A stretch of 64,000 nt of DNA from Eledone cirrhosa. Its lineage: Eukaryota. The position numbers were made by a program, and so were the translations under genes. The first letter of the stretch is position 1; every line of letters starts with the position of its first letter. The stretch spans positions 382,292,001-382,356,000 of the forward strand of contig OZ024740.1 in assembly GCA_964016885.1 (NCBI GenBank), in the 5' to 3' direction. The notes under the pieces were generated by a model. It made no database searches, had not been told where the DNA came from, and saw only the letters and a program-made list of their open reading frames with translations. Below, one piece after another: positions 1 to 11,172 of this stretch.

Positions 1-2605
1 AAAAACTGAAATAGCCTCCTCCGAAACCAATGTAGGTTGCATTTATTTTATTTAAGTATGTATATAGCTGCTTATTCAAGCATAGAATATTAAATTTACA
101 TAAATGTTAAACATTAATCTCTCTACCTGTGATCTTTCCCGTCAAAAATATCGAACATAGCAACACCTTCTAGGTAGCGGAATAAATTCTGAGTATTTTC
201 CACTCATTTGTATATTCACTCTCACAAACATAATGAAAACAACTGAGTTACTCTGGCTTAAACCTTATTGGCTGATATGCTTGAATAACAACTATTAAAT
301 TTCGCAATATGAATAGAATATTCTTTAAGTATGCTGTTGTTATTTAATCATTGCAAGCATATTTTAATAAATAGCTCTATTTTATTGCTTGCTTTGACAA
401 ACAGAATATATTGAGTTACCAATATTTAACTTTTGACCTTACAGACGTACTGAAATTTTGTTAGCATATGAAGATCTGATTTGATTCGATTTCGTGACTA
501 GATGTTCGAAATGCATTTAAATTTAGATTTAAAGATTATAGCATGCTCATAGCAATGATCATAGAGCTTAGTTGTAAAATGAAATATTTCTCAGTGTGTT
601 ATAAATCAGATGTTAACTGTGGATTGAGTTTGAATTTCTACCAAAGCTTTATGAGTTAAACATGTTATTTAAACAATAAACGAATGCGATTTAATATATT
701 TCTAATCCCATCGAACGTAAATTCTTAATGAAAACGCACTTACTGCAAGTTATATATGACAAGACAAATATATAGGCACATCATCTCAGAATATAAATTC
801 CGTTTCAAGTAAAGTAAATACGGGTACCGTATTTCATCAACAAAGGCGATAGTAATTCACCTGACAAGTTATTAGTCTGGGGAAGTAATTTGGGACAACA
901 GAATTTCTGTATAAATCCTAGCAGAATTGAACAACCAACGTTGCGGTATTATGGAGTCAATACAATCAACTGTCACCGATAAATTAGGTAAATCAATTAT
1001 TTTTGTAGCAAATTATTTGCTTGAAATTTATATTAAATCCATTAAAAACAAAAATATATGTCTTTGTTCACTTCTCTACACGCACACACAACATCGATTC
1101 AATAGTGTCACAACTTGAAAGAGAAATGGCCAGCATTTCATAATGTCGCTTGAGTTACGGTATGTCTATGAGGAAGTCACTTATTATTGATTAATCCCCT
1201 AGTTCACCTTGCTTATAATAATACTTGGGTATGATATTTTGCTGTTAGCAGCAATATGGTTATATAATTGACGACGTTTCTCTTTGTTTTGGTCTTGAGT
1301 TCAAATATTTTAACGTGAATTTAAATCTCATGCTGAGTTGTCATCACACTGCTGAGTGAGATTTTCCTTTTTAAAGTACATAAAAACAACACACCATCAG
1401 CAACTTTCTAGTATTGTTTCGATTGAATGTTTTTTTACAATAGATAAACTTTTTAAAATTGTTAACTAAATTGCGTGGAAATTATGAAACATTTATAAAC
1501 ATAGATGCTATATTTTATATTCATGCCCGGATTTAATGGAACACATACGTGCAGTGTTTCTACTTCAAATTCGCTCAATTCGTTTATGTCACAATAATCT
1601 TTAGAAAATGGTAACGACTTCATCAGTCCTATTCCAATTTATATAAATGAAATTCCTTAGAATCCAAATCACATATAACTGTCCGGGTTACTTCAAAATA
1701 TTTCGAAGTTTACACGTGCAAGTAAATATCTCGACAAGAACATCCGTTTGTATAGGAAGTAAATATTTAAAATCTAATTTCTAAAGCAAATGAAAAAGTG
1801 TTTTTGTAGTTTTAAAACTACTCAATTTTATCCAGTCAGCAGGTGATATGTGTTTTGATTCCCACTTGGTCATCGCATATCCGCTTCTCCACATAGCAAT
1901 CGTAGCTATTTATAAACATTCAAACACGTGTTCATATGCATGTATATGCTTGTCGAGTGTGATCGTTGCGAACACATTAAGATTCCATCGAACAGAATTT
2001 TCAACCCAGTTTCGATTCCCGGTAGGAATCGTTTAAATAATTTTTCAGGTTTCTATTTCCTGTCCCCTATAATTTGACACATTCTGCCATCTGTCTGTTC
2101 GTCGGTCTATTTCACTCTGTCATTCTCTCTGACCCGTACACACCATTTCTTGCTGTCGTTCTCCGTTTAATTAAAAGAAACATATATACAAATATATATG
2201 AGCTTGTACCTTATGAAGTTAAAAGTGAAAAAAAAGAGTAAACCCCAAAATATCGTTTGAATATACAAACCCTCCAAATCTCTATTTATATGTAAATTGT
2301 TAAATATATAAAACTTAATTCCTTAACCAACACGTGGAGAATTTCTTATAAACGGGAAACATTTTGTAAATATGTGTTATATTTTTGGAATGTAATGTTT
2401 CAGAAATATTATATGGCATTTAAATATTGTTACCATTTTTAATATGACCAAGGAAAAAATACCTGAAGGGATTAGTCTGAATACAAAATTGCAGTATAGT
2501 GGGGCCTCATTGAGTTAAACCTTTCTATCATATTTTTATTTAGTATACTGGACATTTCCCTAGGGTACTCTCCCTTAGTCATATTGTTGATATTCATAAT
2601 TCGAA

Positions 2606-2704
<99 letters not shown>

Positions 2705-2715
2705 ATATATATATA

Positions 2716-3845
2716 GTAAAATTTACGGAGCAAAGGACTCGCGTATAATCCTGTAATTAAATGAGCTCAAAGGAAATAGTTATGCTGGGCACATTAAAAT
2801 ACAATATATAGAGGGGAAAGACACAGGAGAGTGTGTTTTTCATTACAGGAATTTCGAACCATCAGCGTGAGAAGAATATAAGCTACTAGAGGTATTGGTA
2901 AAACATTAAAATTAAAAGTATAAATTGAAATGAAAAACCATCCTCACCTAAATCACACATGTACACACTCACCAGGAGCATGTTTCACCATTTTAGTGGG
3001 TCATCAGCATGTGGAAGGCCGATATTGTCCGCACAACTACAGAGAGAACTAAAATAAACCACCCTTCGCACGTGTAGACATAAGAGGAATGCGTGCTCGG
3101 AACTGTAACTAGCGGCATGAACAGAACAAGCTGCTAGAAATGGCAGCCTATACTATTCAATTTAAGGTGCTCAACAGCAGAGAGAACGCAAGGAGCAAAT
3201 ATCAAGTAAAAATAACGGAATACCTTTAATTTTAATGCTTTACCAATACCTCTAGTAGCTTATGTTCTTCTCACGCTGGTGGTTCGAAATTCCTGTAATG
3301 AAAAACACACTCTCATGTGTCTTTCCCCTCTATATATTGTATTTTAAAGTGCTAAGGATAACTATTTCTTATGAGCTCATTTAATTACAGGATTATACGC
3401 GAGTCCTTTGCTCCGTTATTTTTACTTGATATTTGCTCCTTGCGTTCTCTCTGCTGTTGAGCACCTTAAATTGAATAGTATAGGCTGCCATCTTTAGCAG
3501 CTTGTTGTGCTCATGCCACCAGTTACTGCTCCGAGCACGCATTCCTCTTATGTCTACACGTGCGAAGGGTGGTTTATTTTAGTTCTCTCTGTAGTAGTGC
3601 GGACAATATTGGCCTGCCACATGCTGATGACCCACCGGGCCGTATTGGAACCCACTAAAATGGCGAAACATGCTACTGGTGAGTGTGTACATGTGTGATC
3701 TAAGTGAGGATGGTTTTTCATTTCAATTTATACTTTTAATTTTAATGTTTTACCAATACCTCTAGTAGCTTATATTCTTCTTACGCTGATGGTTCGAAAT
3801 TCCTGTAATGAAAAACACATCTCCTGTGTCTTTCCCCTCTATATA
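2716..3845. mobile_element. Non-coding HHR-containing retroelement (retrozyme-like or non-autonomous PLE) inserted as an inverted pair in (TA)n
   Basis: Left arm 2716-3220 is the reverse complement of a circular permutation of right arm 3221-3845. Both arms are terminally redundant (period about 490 and 510). CTGATGA...GAAAC at 3624-3669 (+) and about 2980-3007 (-). TA tracts on both sides. Confidence 0.8.
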
Positions 3846-3863
3846 TTATATATATATATATAT

Positions 3864-4308
3864 TAGAAAGTGAGGTGTTTTTTACAAAATGAAAAATAAC
3901 CGAGGTGTCCTACACGAGTGAAATTATAAAGAAAAAAAGATGAAATCAAAAATGCAACTGGAGTCTTATTTTTAAAAAATATATATATATTTATTTGGTT
4001 CCTTTACCGGTTTCGCAGTTCTTCTGCTTTTCAAAAGTAGAGTTGAGATGGCGGGTCTGTGGTTTTTCTCACGTCGTCTGTGGTTTTTCTCACAGATGTG
4101 AGAAAGACCATAGACCCTCCATCTCAACTCTACTTTTGAAAAGCAGAAGAACTGCGAAACCGGTAAAGGAACCAAATAAATATATATATATTAAAAAAAA
4201 ATAAGACTCCAGTTGCATTTTCGATTTCATCTTTTTTTCTTTACACTTTCACTCGTGTAGAACACCTCGGTTATTATTCATTTAAAAAAAAAACCCTCAC
4301 TTTCTAAT
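3864..4308. mobile_element. pLTR-only PLE hairpin insertion with a U3:A8 hammerhead
   Basis: Inverted arms of about 220 bp around an apex near 4095, flanked by (TA)n. HHR motif in each arm. Confidence 0.75.
4133..4168 (+). ncRNA. Minimal type I hammerhead ribozyme, U3:A8 variant
   Basis: CTT-TTGAAAA-GCAG-aagaa-CTGC-GAAA-CCGG-TA-AAG, with a mirror copy at about 4001-4037 (-). Confidence 0.6.
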
Positions 4309-4310
4309 AA

Positions 4311-4357
<47 letters not shown>

Positions 4358-4411
4358 TATAATAAGGTAAATATCTCTATGGATACTAAGTACGTATAAA
4401 TTTTATATATA

Positions 4412-4480
<69 letters not shown>

Positions 4481-4483
<3 letters not shown>

Positions 4484-6298
4484 GATAACAAAATATCGTT
4501 ATAGATAATCCAGTAAGAGGTTATGAATATTTCTTATTATGGATAGTTTTATGGAGAGGTTTACGTAGATGACGAGTTTATGATTCCACTTGTATTCCTA
4601 TCTAAGTTTATCCTGGAGTAATAACATTGAAAAGTGAAGAATAACATCGTCAACAGTACAAAAAAGGGGATTTATTTACAGTTTAACAATTGTTTCTCTG
4701 ATTAAGTTGTCTAAAAACCGCTTAACATTAGAAGCAGTGTCACTCAATTTCAAATACGATGTTAGCTCAATCACATCATTAGAAACTGTTATAAAAATTA
4801 TATATAACCAGCAAATTTACAAATTCAAATTACATCATCAATAATAATATTAATAATAAAGATAGAGAGAGAAAAAAAGAAAGAAAGTGAGATAGATAAA
4901 GGAAAGAAAGAAAGCAAAAGAAAAAGAAAATGAAAAAGAGAAAGAAGAAGAAAAAGGAGAAATGAATACAGAGAAAAATATATAGAGAAGAAAATATATG
5001 GATAAATGATGATAGAAAGAGGAGAGACATGCATAAGGAGAAATTACGTAGGAGAGAAAGAGCAATAGACGGAAAATAATGATATCAACAATAAATGAAT
5101 AAACGTTAATACATGAATAAATGTAAATAAATAATTATAAATAAATAAATAAATAACATCTAAAATGTTACAAAATGGTACAAAATGTGAAAAATGAAAA
5201 ACGAAAATATGAAAATAAATAAGTAAAAAGTAAAAATGTCTGAAGAAAATTTAAACATATTAAGATTATTGAAAGTGGTTTTTGAGAGTGGCTAAAGTAT
5301 ATAAAGATGTGAAGGTGTAAATATGATAATGTTAAATATATTTATTTGTGTATTGGTTATTTCAATAAATAAATTAATTTATTAGTTGTAAGTTATATTA
5401 TATGATAAAATAAAATGCAGGAGATGAAATAAATTTAGGGAGAGAAATATGGAGATAGAGAGTGAAAGATAGAGATATATAAAATAAGAATGTAATAAGA
5501 GGTTTTGATGTTGTTCATTGATAGATGATGACAATTATAATAATAATGATGATGATGATGATGATGATAATGTGATGTTATAATAGTTCCAAGTGGTTCA
5601 ATTTAGGTTATGGAATAGATAAGATGAAATTAAGCTGGTCTAAAGTTCTGGAATTTGGTTGCCGTTTCATGTCGACAGAAAATAATTCTTTCAACTTTAC
5701 TGTGAAGAAGCATTTTGTTGTAATTTATAATATGGAAAAGTTCCATATTACAGAGACGGAAGTGGGACATAGCAATTTGATAGGCCGTTGCTTTTGATAG
5801 CTTCGTCCAGATGATTATATATTCCATGTTTGCATCCTTGAGTTGCCTGATTTTATTGGCGAGCGTCGTTGTATTTAAAAGGTTCCTGTTAATCATTAGA
5901 GTGTCCATGGACGTACCACCTTTTCTTAAACTCTCCAGCTGTGGAGCCAATGTAATGTCATGCTAAGCTACCTGAATTTATAGTACATAGGTATACTATA
6001 TTGGTCTCGAGGCATCTATTTTGTAATGGTTATTTGTCAGGTAGATGGCAGTTACATTTAGATACTTTTCTATGTGCCGGTTTTTCGATATTGTTTTGTA
6101 GGTTGCTATGTACGGGCTAAGAATTGGGTTTGTTGATGTATTGTGGTGTTGTGTTCAGACATGTGTTTGGTTGTGATGATGTTATATGCTTATGTTTTGT
6201 ATTTGATGTTATGGTACTTATTTGCGGGTTACTTGTATTATAAATTCTTTTATAGTTAATTTTATGTATGTGGGATTCTATTCTTTACTTTTTCAATT
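4481..6298 (-). mobile_element. 5'-truncated, degenerate Penelope-like element (GIY-YIG C-terminus, long 3' UTR, HHR)
   Basis: ORF 5630-5950 (TTLANKIRQLKD..Y.I.W....KA.AY......RLC..E..HI) resembles the EN C-terminus of the other PLEs here. HHR at 4678-4789. Bounded by (TA)n. Confidence 0.75.
4678..4789 (-). ncRNA. Hammerhead motif with a very long stem II (G5 mutated)
   Basis: ACAGTTT-CTAATGA-[tgtgattgag...cttaatcaga]-GAAA-CAATTG-TT-AAACTGT. Perfect 7-bp stem I and palindromic stem III. Confidence 0.6.
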
Positions 6299-6462
6299 AT
6301 ATATATATATATATATATATAATTGAAAATGTGAAGAATAGAATCATACATACATAAAATTAAGTATAAAAGAATTTATAATACAAGTAGACGCAAATAA
6401 GTACCACAACATCAAATACAAAACATAAGCCTATAACATCATCATATATATATATATATAGA

Positions 6463-7105
6463 TAGATAATTTAATATATCTACTAACATAAGCGCACAGA
6501 TGTACGCTAATGCCAGCAAATACACAGGTTATGTCATAGTACCTAGGTGGTTCAATGCAGGAGGATGCAGAACAATAATATAAAAGACGTAAAATAAGAA
6601 AATTTTTTAAAAAAATGTTTAAAAAATTAACTTACTTACTTAAATTTTCACTCCAACTAATTAGTTTCTGCAATGGGATAAAGACGGTTACGTAATAAAC
6701 TGTTGAGAATTTCATTGCGTCATCAGGGAGGTCTATTCTCAGCCAAGTCTCCAGGCAATGCGCGGACACTGGGGACTCATATAAAAATAATAATAATTCG
6801 GTAAATGGAACAGCTATCGGGGACTGGATTCCAAGCACTGAAAATTCTCGCTGCCACTGGTCAAATGGCCGATTCTAAAGAATCAATCACGTGACACTGA
6901 GGCTAGTTGGTAGGAGTGGGATGGTAAGATGACAGACGCCTACTAACACCCCCCAAAAAATGTATTAGTAGTCGTTTTGGCAGGTTTGCTCGACAAATCA
7001 GTGATTTGGAGATAAATATAGATAATTTAATATATCTACTAACATAATTAATTTTTTAAACATTTTTTTTTTAAATTTTCTTATTTTACGTCTTTTATTA
7101 TTTTA
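6463..7105 (-). mobile_element. Non-coding HHR-containing unit (monomer about 556 bp) with terminal redundancy and a short inverted arm
   Basis: GATAATTTAATATATCTACTAACATAA occurs at 6465 and 7021. 7048-7105 is inverted against about 6575-6630. HHR at 6651-6730. Confidence 0.7.
6651..6730 (-). ncRNA. Type I hammerhead ribozyme
   Basis: CTCC-CTGATGA-cGCAATG...CATTGCa-GAAA-CTAATTAG-TT-GGAG. Confidence 0.75.
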
Positions 7106-7125
7106 TATATATATATATATATATT

Positions 7126-7376
7126 AATAAAAGGAATTCCAATTTTGTCTGATTTACTCGTTTTATTTACAATGTTTAAAATTATAATGATATTATAATG
7201 AAATAGTAGAATATTAAATGTTAAGTATTAGTTGAACAAGCATTTAACATTTAATATTCTACTATTTCATTATAATATCATTTAAATTTTAAAGGATTGT
7301 AAATAAAACGAGTAAATCAGACAAAGTTGGAATTCCTTATATCAATATAATGTTCTATACACAATCATACACAACC

Positions 7377-7380
<4 letters not shown>
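7126..7380. repeat. Inverted-repeat insertion in (TA)n (probable pLTR fragment)
   Basis: About 7126-7222 is inverted against 7242-7345. No HHR core visible. Confidence 0.6.
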
Positions 7381-7428
<48 letters not shown>

Positions 7429-7558
7429 AGATTAAAGTTAATCAAAGAATCGCTGCTTTCCCCCTTAACGAGATCTTCTGAAACTAAAACAAATTATTTG
7501 ATATATATTTATCCTTATCGAGCCATCTTTGGATTTTAGTCTTCAAATTTATTATTAT

Positions 7559-7641
<83 letters not shown>

Positions 7642-7643
<2 letters not shown>

Positions 7644-7955
7644 ATAAGGAAAAGCGAAGTAGTTTCAGATGTTCAAGTCTTCTAATAATAATGTCGATTC
7701 AATTTGGATTGCCTCGGAAACATAACCTTATTATGTAACAAGCTGTCTGACGATGTCGCGGCACTGGCGCACGGAATGGTGTGGCCACTGTCGCCATTGA
7801 AATATATATCACAGCATTATTATTAAAAGACTTGAACATCTGAAACTACTTCGCTTTTCCTTATTCGATATTTACTCCGTCACTCCAATGTGGAATAAGT
7901 ACATTGAGTGCTTGAATTGAATTGCATCAATGTTTACCCTAATTCATCGCCGCTA
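7642..7955 (+). mobile_element. pLTR hairpin insertion with hammerhead
   Basis: Inverted repeat 7642-7693 vs 7815-7866. HHR at 7742-7815: GCTGT-CTGACGA-long GC-rich stem II-GAAA-TATATA-TC-ACAGC. Confidence 0.75.
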
Positions 7956-7975
7956 TATATATATATATATATATA

Positions 7976-9071
7976 TGATAGTATTGAAGTTTGCTTGAAG
8001 CATTGTGGAATAATAAGTAAATATCTTTAAGTCGTTTGGAAGCCTCGACAATGCAAATGGGTAAATCTCCGGGTAACAAGATCCGGTGGTGGAGAGAGAG
8101 ATGTAAGTGGGTGTACGTTGAGATGCGTGGTGTGTATGAGATGTGTAGAAGAATGAAGGAAAGAGTATAAAGGATAAAATAAAAATAACAACACGAGAGA
8201 GAGTTACCTTGGGAGAGATTTAATAGTCCCTATATATTTCGGATTCACATCCATCAACTGGGGGTTTTTCCGGGGTGGGGGAAAATTTGTCTGTCGGACA
8301 GGGGCGAAACGCGTCCTCCGCTGTTTGTTGTTTTGAATCTCTGAGGTATTCGGCAGAGCGCTCGTGCGCGTGAAATGGGGTCGGTCGGGCAGAGGTCAGC
8401 GGCCGAATGAGGGAGTGGGGTGGCGCTAGCTGTCAGTCCATTCTCTGCCTGTTTGTTAAATGTTACTGTGTGTGTGTGTGCGTGTGTTGTTGTCTCGCTT
8501 GAGTGTGTGTGTGTGTGTGTGCGTGTGTTGTTGCCTTGTTCCTCTGTATTGGCAAACAAAGCAACAACACACGCACACACACACACTCAAGCGAGACAAC
8601 AACACACGCACACACACACACAGTAACATTTAACAAACAGGGGCAGAGAATGGACTGACAGCTGGCGCCACCCCATTCCCTCATTCGGCCGCTGACCTCT
8701 ACCCGACCGACCCCATTTCACGCGCACGCGTGCTCTGCCGAATACCTCAGAGATTCAAAACAACAAACAGCGGAGGACGCGTTTCGCCCCTGTCCGACAG
8801 ACAGCCTTTCCCCCACCCCGGAAAAACCCCCAGTTGATGGATGTGAATCAGAAATACATAGGGACTATTAAATCTCTCCCAAGGTTGTTATCTCTCGTGT
8901 TGTTATTTTTATTTTATCCTTTATACTCTTTCCTTCATTCTTCTACATATCTCATACACACCACGCATCTCAACGTACACCCACTTACATCTCTCTCTCC
9001 ACCACCGGATCTTGTTACCCGGAGATTTACCCATTTGCATTGTCGATGCTTCCAAACGACTTAAAGATATT

Positions 9072-9073
<2 letters not shown>
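7976..9073. mobile_element. Family A hairpin element (arms about 500 bp) with an HHR-like variant motif
   Basis: 8020-8530 is the reverse complement of about 8560-9073. Related copies at 40159-40615 and 40733-41283. CCCC-CAGTTGA-T-GGAT-gtga-ATCC-GAAA-TATA-TA-GGG at 8228-8264 (-), with a mutated mirror at 8827-8863 (+). Confidence 0.75.
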
Positions 9074-9140
<67 letters not shown>

Positions 9141-9145
<5 letters not shown>

Positions 9146-9478
9146 TTAAACAAGGTTCAATGAATACATCAAAGAATGAGTTTTACAAAAGATTGGAAGC
9201 ACTCAACAGTAATTTGTTTTCCAGAGTTATTAATATTATTAATTCAAAATATTAACAAAATAGATATTCTTGTGATCAATTATATTTTATTATACATATT
9301 TCAGAAGTACTGAGTTAAGTACCACAGTACGCCAGGGTACATCAGGGTATGTCATGCATCATCGTATTTTATCTGATGAGGACGTACTGTTGTACTTAAC
9401 TCAGTACCTCTGAAATATGTATAATAAAATATAATTGCTCACAAGAATATCTATTTTGTTAATATTTTGAATTAATAT
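9141..9478. mobile_element. pLTR-only hairpin of the same family as the PLE at 31.45-35.12 kb
   Basis: Inverted repeat 9236-9330 vs 9383-9478. 9141-9240 matches the reverse complement of about 35020-35120. HHR at 9365-9431: TATTTTAT-CTGATGA-...-GAAA-TATGTA-TA-ATAAAATA. Confidence 0.8.
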
Positions 9479-11137
9479 ATATATATATTGATCCATTTTA
9501 CTTTTGTTGAATTAGGAGAATATGCGTCACAGGTGAAGTCTCTAGCTATTACCAGTTAGCTTTGAAAATAAAACCAATTCATTGTGTCCAAAACTGTCGA
9601 TCAACCTATCTTACTGGGAATATATCTTCTGATTACTGTTTTTAGATTTTAAACAATACTTGATAAATATTATAACAATTTATTTTGAAACACATTATAT
9701 ATTACACGTGTAATGCGTTACTACAGTGTTAAAATTAAAGGTGTTTCGAACATGCGAAACAAATTCCCAAAAGTTTCTTATTTTATGGAAAATAAAACCA
9801 TCTCTTATTCAATTATCCCATAACGAAATATATCTTTAGTTCCAACTGTGATTAGAATTCCTGAAAGTAGGTGTCACAGATTTGATCAGCTAAAATCATT
9901 TACAAAAATCAAGTAGCTTAGATGATAGTGATCAATTGTTTGTTTTTAAAGACAGTCGGACATTTTTTTAGGGATAGTTAGGTGCTAATTCAGCCAGTGT
10001 AGCGATTCGGTCCAGGTTCCTTCCTCTGTCTGGTGAATATATACTAAATGTTGGGAGCGAATGAGTTCTGCAAGTTTCAGATAGCTAACAACATCGTAAA
10101 TAAGAAAGCCAACAAATAATGTATTCGGGGCATTCATGCATTTCAAACAGCAATGTGAGAGTCATTCATTTGCGTTAATTCGTATTAGCTGGTTGTAGCA
10201 CTATATTTTCACTTGAGTTAACACATTTCAATTAAGTGTTGCTCCAAACGGTCCTGTAAAATGAATTAGTACCATACATAAAAGGGAAAACATTCATAGC
10301 CACAAACTCGTATTAATTTCTCTCTTGAAGATAATTGGTTCAACCTACCGTTGGTTGATATATACTTTCAAACGTTTGACATGGGAATCTTCTGCTTAAG
10401 TTAGCCGCTAATGCTGGGCTAATCGCTAGGTATTGAAGCATCTTGCCATATCGCGTTATTGCAGCATAAACTGAAGGGTTCACTTGAGACCACCTTGTAT
10501 CAACTCTGCTCTTCCGCAATAATCGTGTTTTGTCGCTCATGGTCTGCGGTCTACATTAACGAAACATATTTGTGAGTTATAACAACACACACCGATAAGC
10601 AGATAGTAGTATTTTTGTAACGTTTATAATAATTTGGTATGGAAGAAAGGGTTTTACCCACCGCCTCTGTAGGACTTTCACAGACATTTATGACTAACGC
10701 GTTTAACCTTCCTCTTCAGTAACTTCCCATCGACAATTGCATGGAAAGAACGGGCAGAGGTGAGATTACTGTGGGAGGTTCTTCGGGGAAGGAAATACTA
10801 AAGGTGGTGTGTCATGCAAAACCTGAGGTGAAGTGACACAAGGCTAGCCATTTCTGGGCAGCGTAGGTTGCAGTAGACATCTTACATGAGATGTCGAAAG
10901 CTTTTGTACGATTTCTCTTTAACATGACACTAACCAAAATGCCAGTGAATGTCAACGCAAAGCCAAACCCAAACAATATTAATTTTAAAATGCACGAATC
11001 CTATTCATCATAGTATACTGTATAAACGGTTTTGCCTATCAAATCGAAGAAACAGGAAAATAGCAAATTTAGAATAGTGTGTTATATCTCTGTTTAAAAT
11101 GGTTTGCAACACACACATACACACCGATTTATATAAT

Positions 11138-11172
<35 letters not shown>

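Noticed and set aside
3972-4204. Near-identical ORFs on opposite strands (also 17884/18023 and 30584/30960)
   Set aside because: A by-product of inverted repeats, with no recognisable protein features.
10340-10960. Possible host exon or LINE remnant (66-aa ORF; VAVDILHEMSKAF-like stretch near 10870)
   Set aside because: No convincing domain, splice context or additional RT motifs.
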